NCBI GenBank assembly: GCA_041082215.1
Contig: JBDOIF010000025.1
Span: forward strand, 1-33,119
Direction of reading: 5' to 3'
From: Anaerolineae bacterium
Lineage (GTDB): Bacteria; Chloroflexota; Anaerolineae; B4-G1; DUEL01
Length of the DNA stretch: 33,119 nt
In this document: positions 9,402 through 17,357 of the stretch, piece after piece
How the letters are laid out: the number at the start of each line of letters is the position of its first letter
Position numbering within the stretch: the stretch's first letter is position 1
Notes under the pieces: generated by a model
The model's database searches: none
What the model was told of the DNA's origin: nothing
What the model saw: the letters and a program-made list of their open reading frames with translations, nothing else
Made by a program: the position numbers and the translations under genes

Positions 9402-9436
9402 CCATCTACCTCGGTCGGAATTGAGAGTCGCTTCCT

Positions 9437-9493
9437 ATTATAACACAATTTCTACGGTAAGCATCACTGCGTTAACGTTACAGAAAAGTTACA
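9437..9493 (-). promoter_or_regulatory. Extended -10 promoter (TGtTATAAT) for the signalling cluster, plus an upstream GTTACA-N5-GTTACA direct repeat
   Basis: Minus strand reads TGTGT-TATAAT (TATAAT at 9437-9442), 35 bp before the ATG. GTTACA occurs at 9477 and 9488 (11-bp period) in an AT-rich gap. Confidence 0.6.
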
Positions 9494-9513
9494 AGAATAA
9501 CACGGCTGCCGGA

Positions 9514-10341
9514 TCACGGAGCAGGGCCCAAATAGCGCCTCACCCTCTCCTGTCCCTCTGGCCCCAGGACCCACTGGATGAAATCCCGCGCCTCCCCTTC
9601 CGGCTCGGAACGGGCTGCCAGGTAGAGGGCGTATCTCAGGGGATAGCCGTCGGCCCCGGGCGGGACCCCCTCGATGGAAAGCGCCCGGACGGTGTCCTTC
9701 GGCCAGCTCCAGGAGATGTAGCCGATGGCCCCAGGGGTCGTCGCCACCGCCTTCAGCACCCCCCCGGTATCGGGCGCTACCAGCGCCGTCAACGTCACGT
9801 CATACCCCCCCATCACCAGCGACTCAAAGACGGCCCGCACCCCCGCCCCCTCCTCCCGGCTGACCACCTGGATCGGGGTGCCATTGCTCCACTCCCCGAT
9901 GCGCCCCCGGAAGACCTCCCGCAGTTCGGCCAGGCTCAGCTCCTCCACGGGAACGGCAGGATGGACGACGACTGCCACATCGTCGGCGGCGAAGGGGACC
10001 GACCAGAGCTCCTCTCCTCCCTCCCCCAGCCAGGAAAGGACCGCCAGGTGGGCCGAACCGGCCTGCAGCCGCTCGCCGACGACGGCGTCGTTGAACACCT
10101 CCACCCGCACGGTCACCCACGGCCGCTCTTCGTGATAGGCCGCCGCCAGCTCTTCTATCAGCGGCCCACAGGTGTCCGTTGCCGCCAGCCGCAGGGTGAC
10201 CGGCTCGTGGGTGACGGTGAGGGGCTGAGAAGCACAGGCGGTCAGGAGGACGATGGTCAATGATACAATGAACAGTAAGCAATGAAAGGCCGGGACCGGG
10301 CCTTTGAAACTCTGTGTCCTCCACACCTCTGGGGTAAACAT
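9514..10341 (-). CDS. PstS-like phosphate-binding (PBP2) lipoprotein
   Basis: Lipobox LTAC; VAVVVHPAVPVEELSLAELREVFRGRIGEW, VVSREEGAG, PGAIGYIS, YPL. Start position uncertain. Confidence 0.8.
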   Translation of the reverse strand: MFTPEVWRTQSFKGPVPAFHCLLFIVSLTIVLLTACASQPLTVTHEPVTLRLAATDTCGPLIEELAAAYHEERPWVTVRVEVFNDAVVGERLQAGSAHLAVLSWLGEGGEELWSVPFAADDVAVVVHPAVPVEELSLAELREVFRGRIGEWSNGTPIQVVSREEGAGVRAVFESLVMGGYDVTLTALVAPDTGGVLKAVATTPGAIGYISWSWPKDTVRALSIEGVPPGADGYPLRYALYLAARSEPEGEARDFIQWVLGPEGQERVRRYLGPAP

Positions 10342-10344
10342 GTT

Positions 10345-11172
10345 TCATCGGAAAAGGGCAACGAGCAGACCGGCCATTCCGAAGAGGACGCAGTAGAGAG
10401 CAAAAGGGTAGAGGGGACGGCGCTGAAGGTAGCGAAGCAGGAAATGGATGCAGGCCAGTCCGGCGGCGAGGGCGGACAGGAAACCCAGGATCAGCGTCGG
10501 GGCCTGGGCCGCCAACCCACCCGTCCCTGCCAGGTCCATGAGCTGTAACAGCCCCGCGCCGAGGATAACAGGGGTGGAGAGGAGGAAGCTGAACCGGGCG
10601 GCGGATTCTCGCGTCAACCCCTGGCCCATCCCGGCGGCGATGGTCGCTCCGGAGCGGGAGATACCCGGCAGGATGGCCACGGCCTGGGCCAGGCCGATCA
10701 GCAGAGCGTCCACCCACGAAAGGGCCGGCCGCCTCCCTGTCTCACTCCCAGCACCGCTCCGGCCAGCGACCGCCTCCGCCAGGGTGAGGAACGTCGCTGT
10801 CACCAGGAGGAAACCCGCCGCAGCGACCGGACGGGCGAACATCCCCTCGAAGAAGTCCTCCAGAAGCCAGCCGACCAGCGCCCCCGGCAGGGTCCCCAGG
10901 AGGATCAGCCCCATCAGACGGGCGTCGGGGTCGGCCAGGGAGCGGGCACGGACCGCCCGCCATCCTCCCCTGAGCAGCGCCACCCAATCCCGCCAGAAGT
11001 AGCCCACCACCGCCACCGCCGTCCCCCAATGGACCAACGTGTCGAAGGCCAGGCCCGGGGCGGACCAGCCCAACAGCCAGGGGACGAGCACCAGGTGGCC
11101 GGAGCTGCTCACGGGAAGGAATTCAGTCGCCCCCTGGAGGAGGCCCAGAAGCAGGGCATGAATCAGGGACAT
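10345..11172 (-). CDS. uppP: Undecaprenyl-diphosphate phosphatase (BacA)
   Basis: QGATEFLPVSSSGHL and AILPGISRSGATI motifs. True start is ATG 11172 (MSLIHALLLG); the longer ORF start reads through heptamer repeats. Confidence 0.95.
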   Translation of the reverse strand: MSLIHALLLGLLQGATEFLPVSSSGHLVLVPWLLGWSAPGLAFDTLVHWGTAVAVVGYFWRDWVALLRGGWRAVRARSLADPDARLMGLILLGTLPGALVGWLLEDFFEGMFARPVAAAGFLLVTATFLTLAEAVAGRSGAGSETGRRPALSWVDALLIGLAQAVAILPGISRSGATIAAGMGQGLTRESAARFSFLLSTPVILGAGLLQLMDLAGTGGLAAQAPTLILGFLSALAAGLACIHFLLRYLQRRPLYPFALYCVLFGMAGLLVALFR

Positions 11173-11197
11173 GGGGTAACTCCTTATGTGAAGAGAC

Positions 11198-11262
11198 GAA
11201 TTGCGGATTACAGATTGCAAGTTGCAAGTTGCACAACGTATGACGCTTGACGCATGACGCTT
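11198..11262. repeat. Intergenic degenerate heptamer tandem repeats (RTTGCAR x5 followed by GACGCWT x4)
   Basis: ATTGCGG ATTACAG ATTGCAA GTTGCAA GTTGCAC AACGTAT GACGCTT GACGCAT GACGCTT. Confidence 0.8.
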
Positions 11263-11270
11263 TATGGAAC

Positions 11271-12302
11271 TCAGCAAATGCGCGGCAGCAGCTCTCCCAG
11301 CGGCATGTCCACCACGCGCCGGCCGCCGATGGGGGTGCGGGCCAGCACCATCCCGGGGTGCTCTCCGGTGACGACGCCGATGCGGACCGCCTCTCTCCCC
11401 AGTGGGTGGGCCTGCATCGCCGCCAGTGCTTTCTCCGCTTCCTCCGGCGGCACAATGGCGACCAGCTTCCCCTCGTTGGCGACGGTCAGCGGGTCGAACC
11501 CCAGCATCTCGCAGGCGGCCGCCACCGCCGGACGGACCGGCACTGCCCTCTCCTCGATCTCGATCCCCACCCCCGAGGACCCGGCCAGTTCGTTCAACGC
11601 AGCCGCCAGCCCGCCCCGGGTGGGATCGCGCAGGCAGTGGGTATGGGGGGCAGCCTCCAGCAGCACCTCCACCAGCCCGTTCAGCGGCGCGCTATCCGAA
11701 ACCAGCCGGGTCTCAAAAGCCAGCCCCTCCCGCTGGCTGAGGACGGCAATGCCGTGGTCGCCGACGGTGCCGCTGAGAAGCACCACGTCCCCTGGCCGCG
11801 CCTGATCCGGCCCCACCTCCACCCCGTCCATCACCACGCCGACGCCGGTGGTATTGATGTAGATGCCATCCCCATGCCCCCGCTCCACCACTTTCGTATC
11901 TCCGGCTATCACCTGCACCCCGGCCCGCCGGGCCGCCGCCGCCATCGAGCGCACCACCCGCTCCAGCACCTCCATCTCCAGTCCCTCCTCCAGGATAAAG
12001 GCAGCGGTGAGCCAGAGGGGCCGCGCTCCGGCCATCGCCACGTCGTTGACGGTGCCGTGGACGGCCAGCGAGCCAATGTCGCCGCCGGGGAAGAAAAGGG
12101 GGCGAACGGTGAAGGAATCGGTGGAGATGGCGAGTCTCAGCCCGGTCGCTGGTTGCTGGTTGCTGGTTGCTGGTTGAATGATGGTAGCGTCGGCCATCTG
12201 GCGCAGGAACTCGTTGTCCAGCGGGGGGGCGAAGAGTTCCCGGATCAGGTCGTTCATCATCCTGCCGCCAGCGCCGTGGGCCAGGCGAATTACGTTCTCC
12301 AT
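11271..12302 (-). CDS. hypE: Hydrogenase maturation carbamoyl dehydratase HypE
   Basis: LAHGAGG, STDSFTVRPLFFPGGDIG, GTVNDVAM, DPTRGG, NEGK, C-terminal PRIC. Confidence 0.97.
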   Translation of the reverse strand: MENVIRLAHGAGGRMMNDLIRELFAPPLDNEFLRQMADATIIQPATSNQQPATGLRLAISTDSFTVRPLFFPGGDIGSLAVHGTVNDVAMAGARPLWLTAAFILEEGLEMEVLERVVRSMAAAARRAGVQVIAGDTKVVERGHGDGIYINTTGVGVVMDGVEVGPDQARPGDVVLLSGTVGDHGIAVLSQREGLAFETRLVSDSAPLNGLVEVLLEAAPHTHCLRDPTRGGLAAALNELAGSSGVGIEIEERAVPVRPAVAAACEMLGFDPLTVANEGKLVAIVPPEEAEKALAAMQAHPLGREAVRIGVVTGEHPGMVLARTPIGGRRVVDMPLGELLPRIC

Positions 12303-12331
12303 AACTACTCCCTCTTGTAACTACCTGCTGC

Positions 12332-12420
12332 CATCACGAATGACACGAACGCGCGAATTCACACGAATAAAAAACACTCTACAATTTGTGGGATTCGGCC
12401 CATTCGTGCCATTTGTGATG
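12332..12420. repeat. Palindromic array of ~9-bp (C)ACGAAT-type repeats
   Basis: The left arm CATCACGAATGACACGAACGCGCGAATTCACACGAAT is an imperfect inverse of the right arm ATTTGTGGGATTCGGCCCATTCGTGCCATTTGTGATG. Confidence 0.8.
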
Positions 12421-12500
12421 AAGTCGGCGTTTCGGGTTGGTCCAGAGTGGGCAGGTAAGTAGATACTCCGTCTTACAGAATATGGATCGCTTATTGCGTG

Positions 12501-13613
12501 TCACGTGTTACGTGTTGTGTACTGGTAGTACGCCGCGCACGCCCCCTCGGCGCTCACCATACAGGGGCCGACGGGGTTCTGAGGGGTACAGGCGCGGGCA
12601 AAGAGGGGGCATTCGGGGGGGCGAAGTACCCCCCGCAGGACCTCTCCACATCGGCAGCCCGGCGGCTCGCGGGCAGGAGCGACCTCCACAGGAAAGGCGC
12701 GGGCGGCATCGAAACGGGCATACGCCTCTTGGATCCCCAGACCGCTGGCCGGGATGGTCCCGAAGCCCCGCCACTCAGCGTCAACGACCTCGAAGACCTG
12801 CGCCATCACCCCCTGAGCGGCGGGGTTCCCCTCAGGGCGGACGCTGCGGGCATAGGTGTTGGAGATGCCCGGCCGCCCTTCCTCGACCATCTCCACCAGC
12901 GCCAGCACCGCCCGCAGGATGTCCAGCGGTTCGAAGCCAGCGATGGAGATAGGGATGGCGTACTCTTCCGGCAGGAAGCGCCACGCCTCCAGGCCGATAA
13001 CGGTGGTGACGTGGCCCGGGCCGATGATGCCGTCCAGCGCCACTTCTCCGGCATCTAGGATAGCACGGGTAGCAGGCGGAGTCAGTTTGTGGGTGCTGAA
13101 GACGTAGAAGTTCTCCAAACCCTCCGCCTCCGCCGCCGTCACCGCCGAGGCCACCATCGGCGCGGTGGTCTCAAACCCCACCCCCAGGAAGATCACCGGC
13201 CGCTCCGGGTTCTGTCGGGCGATCTCCAGCGCATCCAGGGGCGAGTAGACCACCCGTACATCCGCCCCTTCGGCCCTGGCCTGGGCCAGATTTGCAGGGG
13301 CGCGATGGGCGGCGTCCCTGCTGACCGGCACGCGGATCATATCCCCGAACGTGGTCAGGATGACGCCCGGCACCTGCGCCAGCGCGATAGCCCGCTCCAG
13401 ATCCGCCGCAGAGGTGACGCAGACCGGGCAGCCCGGCCCGGAACGGAGCTCCACTGTAGACGGCAGGAGGTCAGGGATACCGTAGCGGAGGATGGCATGG
13501 GTGTGCCCACCGCAGAACTCCATCAGCCGCACAGGGCGAGTGGAGCGGGCGCGGATGGCGTCGGCCAGTGCGCGGGCCATAGCGGGATCTCGAAATGAAG
13601 CAAAGAGATTCAC
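12501..13613 (-). CDS. hypD: Hydrogenase maturation protein HypD
   Basis: MEFCGGHTH, GPGCPVC, GFETT, GPGHV, CRCGEVLRG...ECPLF...CTP...GPCMVSAEGACAA. GTG start. Confidence 0.97.
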   Translation of the reverse strand: MNLFASFRDPAMARALADAIRARSTRPVRLMEFCGGHTHAILRYGIPDLLPSTVELRSGPGCPVCVTSAADLERAIALAQVPGVILTTFGDMIRVPVSRDAAHRAPANLAQARAEGADVRVVYSPLDALEIARQNPERPVIFLGVGFETTAPMVASAVTAAEAEGLENFYVFSTHKLTPPATRAILDAGEVALDGIIGPGHVTTVIGLEAWRFLPEEYAIPISIAGFEPLDILRAVLALVEMVEEGRPGISNTYARSVRPEGNPAAQGVMAQVFEVVDAEWRGFGTIPASGLGIQEAYARFDAARAFPVEVAPAREPPGCRCGEVLRGVLRPPECPLFARACTPQNPVGPCMVSAEGACAAYYQYTTRNT

Positions 13614-13675
13614 GGGTCAATCTGTGCGCTCATGTATCTGTGGTTCTCCGTCCGCTAAAGGCGCGTGACTTTTCA

Positions 13676-13805
13676 ATTTAACAGCTGGCTGCTCACCCGC
13701 CGCGCGGCTCATGCTCAGGGCCTCCCGCCTAAAACCCCAATGGTTAGCTCAACCACCCCCACAAACCGCCGCGATAGCGCGGTCGGGTGAAGCCGCTTGT
13801 TAGGC
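13676..13805 (-). mobile_element. Integron attC recombination site (130 bp)
   Basis: Minus strand: R'' GCCTAAC (contains the higA TAA), 5-bp spacer, L'' GCTTCACC, CGACCGCGC ... GCGCGG, CG, L' GGTGAGC, spacer, R' GTTAAAT. Two unpaired extra bases fall at the usual extrahelical positions. Confidence 0.88.
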
Positions 13806-14114
13806 CCGCTCTACCTCCGCTGCCCAAACACGCACCTCTCGCACCAACCTCTCCCCTAGCTCCTCCTTCTCCCGCTCTAAATCGTACCGCACCTGTAAGT
13901 TCATCCAAAACCGCTCCGATACCCCAAAATACCGCGCCAGCCGCAGCGCCGTGTCCGCAGTGATCGAACGCTTCCCCTGAACAATCTCGTTGATCCGTCG
14001 CGGCGACACTCCTATGTCCTTCGCCAGCCGGTACTGACTGATCCCCATCGGCTTTAGAAACTCCTCTAATAACACCTCTCCAGGATGAATCGGCGGATAC
14101 TCCCTCTCGCTCAT
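13800..14114 (-). CDS. higA: HigA family antitoxin (HTH-XRE)
   Basis: PPIHPGEVLLEEFLKPMGISQYRLAKDIGV...RRINEIVQGKRSITADTALRLARYFG...FWMNLQ. Start ATG 14114. Confidence 0.95.
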   Translation of the reverse strand: MSEREYPPIHPGEVLLEEFLKPMGISQYRLAKDIGVSPRRINEIVQGKRSITADTALRLARYFGVSERFWMNLQVRYDLEREKEELGERLVREVRVWAAEVERA

Positions 14115-14116
14115 TC

Positions 14117-14404
14117 CTACCCCCTGTGGTAACCCACTATCTCCACCTCGTAGGCATCCCCCTCTGCCCACTCAAAACACACCCGCCAGCGCTCACTGAT
14201 CCGTATACTATACTGGCCCGCCCGATCTCCCGATAACTTCTCCAGCCGATTGCCCGGTGGAACCATCAGATCATCCAGCCGCTCCGCTGCATCCAGCATC
14301 GCAAGCTTCCGTTGAGCTACCCGCTGCAGCTCAGGAGGAAGACGACGCGAAAACTGACGCAGGAATACCTTCTCCGTCTCTTTGTCCCGGAAGCTCTTGA
14401 TCAT
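14117..14404 (-). CDS. higB: HigB/RelE family toxin (plasmid maintenance killer type)
   Basis: MIKSFRDKETEKVF...PPGNRLEKLSGDRAGQYSIRI...WRVCF...EIVGYH. Toxin gene precedes antitoxin. Confidence 0.95.
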   Translation of the reverse strand: MIKSFRDKETEKVFLRQFSRRLPPELQRVAQRKLAMLDAAERLDDLMVPPGNRLEKLSGDRAGQYSIRISERWRVCFEWAEGDAYEVEIVGYHRG

Positions 14405-14412
14405 ATATACCC

Positions 14413-14441
14413 ATAATAACGCGATGCGATAATATTGTCAA
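14413..14441 (-). promoter_or_regulatory. Sigma70 promoter of higBA with overlapping imperfect palindrome (probable HigA operator)
   Basis: TTGACA-17 bp-TATTAT, ending 8 nt before the higB ATG. Palindrome ATAATAACGC-GAT-GCGATAATAT (8/10 match). Confidence 0.85.
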
Positions 14442-14694
14442 GCGTTATTGCCAACCCCTCACCGCTGCTCCTACAAGCGGGCCTAAAACAATCAACAACG
14501 AAAAGAACACCGGTACCCTTCCCCGACCGCACGCTGGCGCACACCCCGCTTCCAATCCTCCCGGAGCGCCATTCGAAGCCCCAGGTCAGGTAGTTGTCGG
14601 CAAGCCGGGGGCGGAGAGGGATGGAAAGGGGGTAAATCCTTGCTATACTGACACAAGACAAATAGACGCAGGGGGCCCGAAAATGGGGAAGGGC

Positions 14695-14880
14695 ATGACA
14701 GAAAATCATAGATTGCGCCGCCAAAACGGGATCGTGGCCGGTGTCTGTGGAGGGCTGGGGGCCTTCTTTGGCCTTAGCCCATGGTGGTTCCGCCTCCTTT
14801 TCCTGATCCTGCTACTGCCAGGCGGCCTGCCCGGCCTTCTGCCCTACCTGGTCCTCTGGATCGTCATCCCTCGAAAATAA
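14695..14880 (+). CDS. PspC domain-containing small membrane protein
   Basis: RLRRQNGIVAGVCGGLGAFFGLSPWWFRLLF...YLVLWIVIP. Extended -10 TGcTATACT at ~14641-14649. Start is 14683 or 14695. Confidence 0.88.
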   Translation: MTENHRLRRQNGIVAGVCGGLGAFFGLSPWWFRLLFLILLLPGGLPGLLPYLVLWIVIPRK

Positions 14881-17301
14881 TGAGGAGACCCCCGCAATCA
14901 CCGCCTGCCCCAGGGAGATGCCCGCATCGTTGGGAGGCACCAGCCGGTGAGTGCAGACTGTGAAGCCGGACGCCTCCAGGAGTGGCACGACCCTTCCCAG
15001 CAGAGTCACGTTCTGGAAGACCCCGCCGGAAAGGGCCACCACCTCCAGCCCTGTCTCCTCCCGCAGCCGTAGACACACATCCCGAACCATCCGCGCCAGG
15101 CCGTTGTGGAAGCGGGCAGCGATCACACCCGCCGGAACTCCCGCACGGACATCGGCGACAACAGCGCGGATGACAGGGGCGGGGTTGATGCCGGTTGCGG
15201 TTTGCTCGTTGCCCGTTGCTGGTCGCTGATGGCTGGTTGGGTGGGTTGTCAGCTCGAAGGCGTAGGCACCAGCCTCGTCTTCCTGAACCAGCATCTCCAA
15301 TTCGATCGCCGCCTGAGCCTCGTAGTTGATCTCCTGCCGCACACCAGCCAGGGCGGCCACGGCATCGAAAAGACGGCCCACGCTGGAGGTGGGCGTAGTG
15401 TTCAGCCCCTGCTCCAATTGCCGGATCAGCACCGCCCGTTCAACAGGAGAGGCAGCCGCCACCGGGGGCAGGTCCTCTTCCCACGGCACCCCCGCCGCCC
15501 ACAGGTAGGCCAGCGCGGTGCGGTAAGGGCGACGGATGGCTGCGTCGCCACCGGGCAGCGGGATGTACTTGAGGTGGGCCGACCGCCAGAAGGAGCGGTA
15601 GTCGGCGACCAGGAACTCCCCACCCCAGATCGCCCCGTCGGCCCCATAGCCTGTGCCGTCGAAGGCAACCCCGATGACTGGCTGCTCCCCGCTCAGCCCG
15701 TTCTCCGCCATACAGGAAGCGATGTGAGCGTGATGGTGCTGGACAGGATGCAGGACGCAAGAAGCAGGAGGCAGGATGCAGAGGACCTCCTGCCCTCTGC
15801 TTTTTGCCTCTCGCACCCTTTGCACGTAACGAGTCGTGAGATAGCCAGGGTGCAGATCACAGGCGATGACCTCCGGCTGCACACGGAACGTGCGGGCCAG
15901 TTGCTCCACCATCTGCTCGAAGAAGCGGAGGGTCTCGTAGTTTTCCATATCGCCAATGTGCTGGCTCAGAAAAGCATAGCGCCCCCGGGTCAGGCAGAAG
16001 GTGTTCTTCAGTTCTGCCCCCACCGCCAACACCTGCCGCACAGGGAAGGGGAGATGGACGGGATACGGGGCGTAGCCACGGGAACGGCGGATGGGCAGCT
16101 CCACGCCGCGAAAGACACGGGTCACGCTGTCGTCACATCGGGCATGGATATCCCGGTCGTGCAACAGGAACGCATCGGCCAGACCCGCCAGCCGTTCCAG
16201 CGCCTCGTCGTTGTCGGTGACGATGGGCTCCTCGGAGTAGTTGCCGGAGGTCATCACCAGGGCGAGGGGCCAGGGGCTGGTGGCTCGTTGCTCGTTGCTG
16301 GCAGGCTCGAGGAGCAGGTAGTGGAGGGGGGTGTAGGGGAGCATCACGCCCAGATAGCGGTTGCCCGGAGCGACAAGGGGAGAGATGGGACAGTCGGCTC
16401 GCCTGCGCAGGAGCACGATGGGCCGCTGGCGGGAGATGAGCAGCTTCTCTTCCGCCTCGCCGACCTCACAATACTGCCGCACCGCTTCGAGATCAAACGA
16501 CATAATGGCAAAGGGCTTGTCCACCCGCCCCTTCCGCTCCCGCAGCCGGGCCACCGCCTCGCTGCTGGTGGCGTCGCAGGCCAGATGAAAGCCGCCCAGC
16601 CCCTTGATCGCCACAACGGCTCCCTCCAGGAGGAGCTGCCGGACCGCCTGGATGGCCGCATCTGGAGAGGCCCCGGACCGGAGTCCTGAAATCCGGAACC
16701 CGGAACCGGGGACTTCCAACCAGACCCTGGGTCCGCATACAGGACAGGCGTTAGGCTGGGCGTGGAAGCGACGGTTGGTGGGATCGTCGTATTCGGCCTG
16801 GCAGTCAGGACACATCCGGAAGGGAGCCATTGTCGTTCTGGGCCGGTCGTAGGGAATGTCTCTGATAATGGTGAAGCGGGGACCACAGTTGGTGCAGTTG
16901 ATAAACGGGTAACGGTAACGGCGGTCGTGGGGGTCGAAAAGCTCCCGGAGGCAATCGTCGCAGATAGCAATGTCGGGCGAGATGGGCTGGAACTCGCCGG
17001 GACGGGCTTCTGAATGACGAATGACAAAGCCCGGTCCCCCGTCGTGGGACAGGGACGGGAGGTCGGTAACGGTGATAGATTCGATGCGGGCCAGCGGTGG
17101 GGCATCGGCCCGGAGCCGCTCGACGAACTCATCCAGAACAGAGATCGGACCCGCGGCCTCGATCTCAACTCCAGAGGAGCTGTTCAACACCCATCCGGAG
17201 ACTCCCAGCCGGGTAGCCAGGTTATAGACAAAGGGGCGAAACCCCACCCCCTGGACGACACCTGTGATATGGATACGGCGAACCAGCAGCTCTTTTTTCA
17301 T
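14812..17301 (-). CDS. hypF: Carbamoyltransferase HypF
   Basis: Acylphosphatase GVVQGVGFRPF, zinc fingers CDDC/CTNC/CPDC/CPVC, KGLGGFHL, QHHHAH, DGTGYG, PPNDAGISLGQ. Confidence 0.97.
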   Translation of the reverse strand: MKKELLVRRIHITGVVQGVGFRPFVYNLATRLGVSGWVLNSSSGVEIEAAGPISVLDEFVERLRADAPPLARIESITVTDLPSLSHDGGPGFVIRHSEARPGEFQPISPDIAICDDCLRELFDPHDRRYRYPFINCTNCGPRFTIIRDIPYDRPRTTMAPFRMCPDCQAEYDDPTNRRFHAQPNACPVCGPRVWLEVPGSGFRISGLRSGASPDAAIQAVRQLLLEGAVVAIKGLGGFHLACDATSSEAVARLRERKGRVDKPFAIMSFDLEAVRQYCEVGEAEEKLLISRQRPIVLLRRRADCPISPLVAPGNRYLGVMLPYTPLHYLLLEPASNEQRATSPWPLALVMTSGNYSEEPIVTDNDEALERLAGLADAFLLHDRDIHARCDDSVTRVFRGVELPIRRSRGYAPYPVHLPFPVRQVLAVGAELKNTFCLTRGRYAFLSQHIGDMENYETLRFFEQMVEQLARTFRVQPEVIACDLHPGYLTTRYVQRVREAKSRGQEVLCILPPASCVLHPVQHHHAHIASCMAENGLSGEQPVIGVAFDGTGYGADGAIWGGEFLVADYRSFWRSAHLKYIPLPGGDAAIRRPYRTALAYLWAAGVPWEEDLPPVAAASPVERAVLIRQLEQGLNTTPTSSVGRLFDAVAALAGVRQEINYEAQAAIELEMLVQEDEAGAYAFELTTHPTSHQRPATGNEQTATGINPAPVIRAVVADVRAGVPAGVIAARFHNGLARMVRDVCLRLREETGLEVVALSGGVFQNVTLLGRVVPLLEASGFTVCTHRLVPPNDAGISLGQAVIAGVSSLFSRDDDPEDQVGQKAGQAAWQ

Positions 17302-17313
17302 AAAGGTATCGCT

Positions 17314-17342
17314 ATTTTACCACTGGTCCGCCCCGCTGTCCA
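17314..17342 (-). promoter_or_regulatory. Sigma70-type promoter of hypF
   Basis: TGGACA-17 bp-TAAAAT with TGn extension, 12 bp before the ATG. Confidence 0.65.
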
Positions 17343-17357
17343 CTTCCCGGCTTACTC

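Larger units (their letters stand above)
13682..14486 (-). mobile_element. Solitary integron gene cassette carrying higBA (no intI in window)
   Basis: The cassette starts TTAGGCCCGCT (14486-14476), exactly complementary to AGCGGGCCTAA at the R'' end, as expected for a linearised circular cassette. Confidence 0.82.

Noticed and set aside
14401..14724. 107-aa ORF or hypC remnant / attI site upstream of the cassette
   Set aside because: No HypC motif, and the ORF crosses the cassette boundary and promoter. No integrase is adjacent, so attI cannot be supported.
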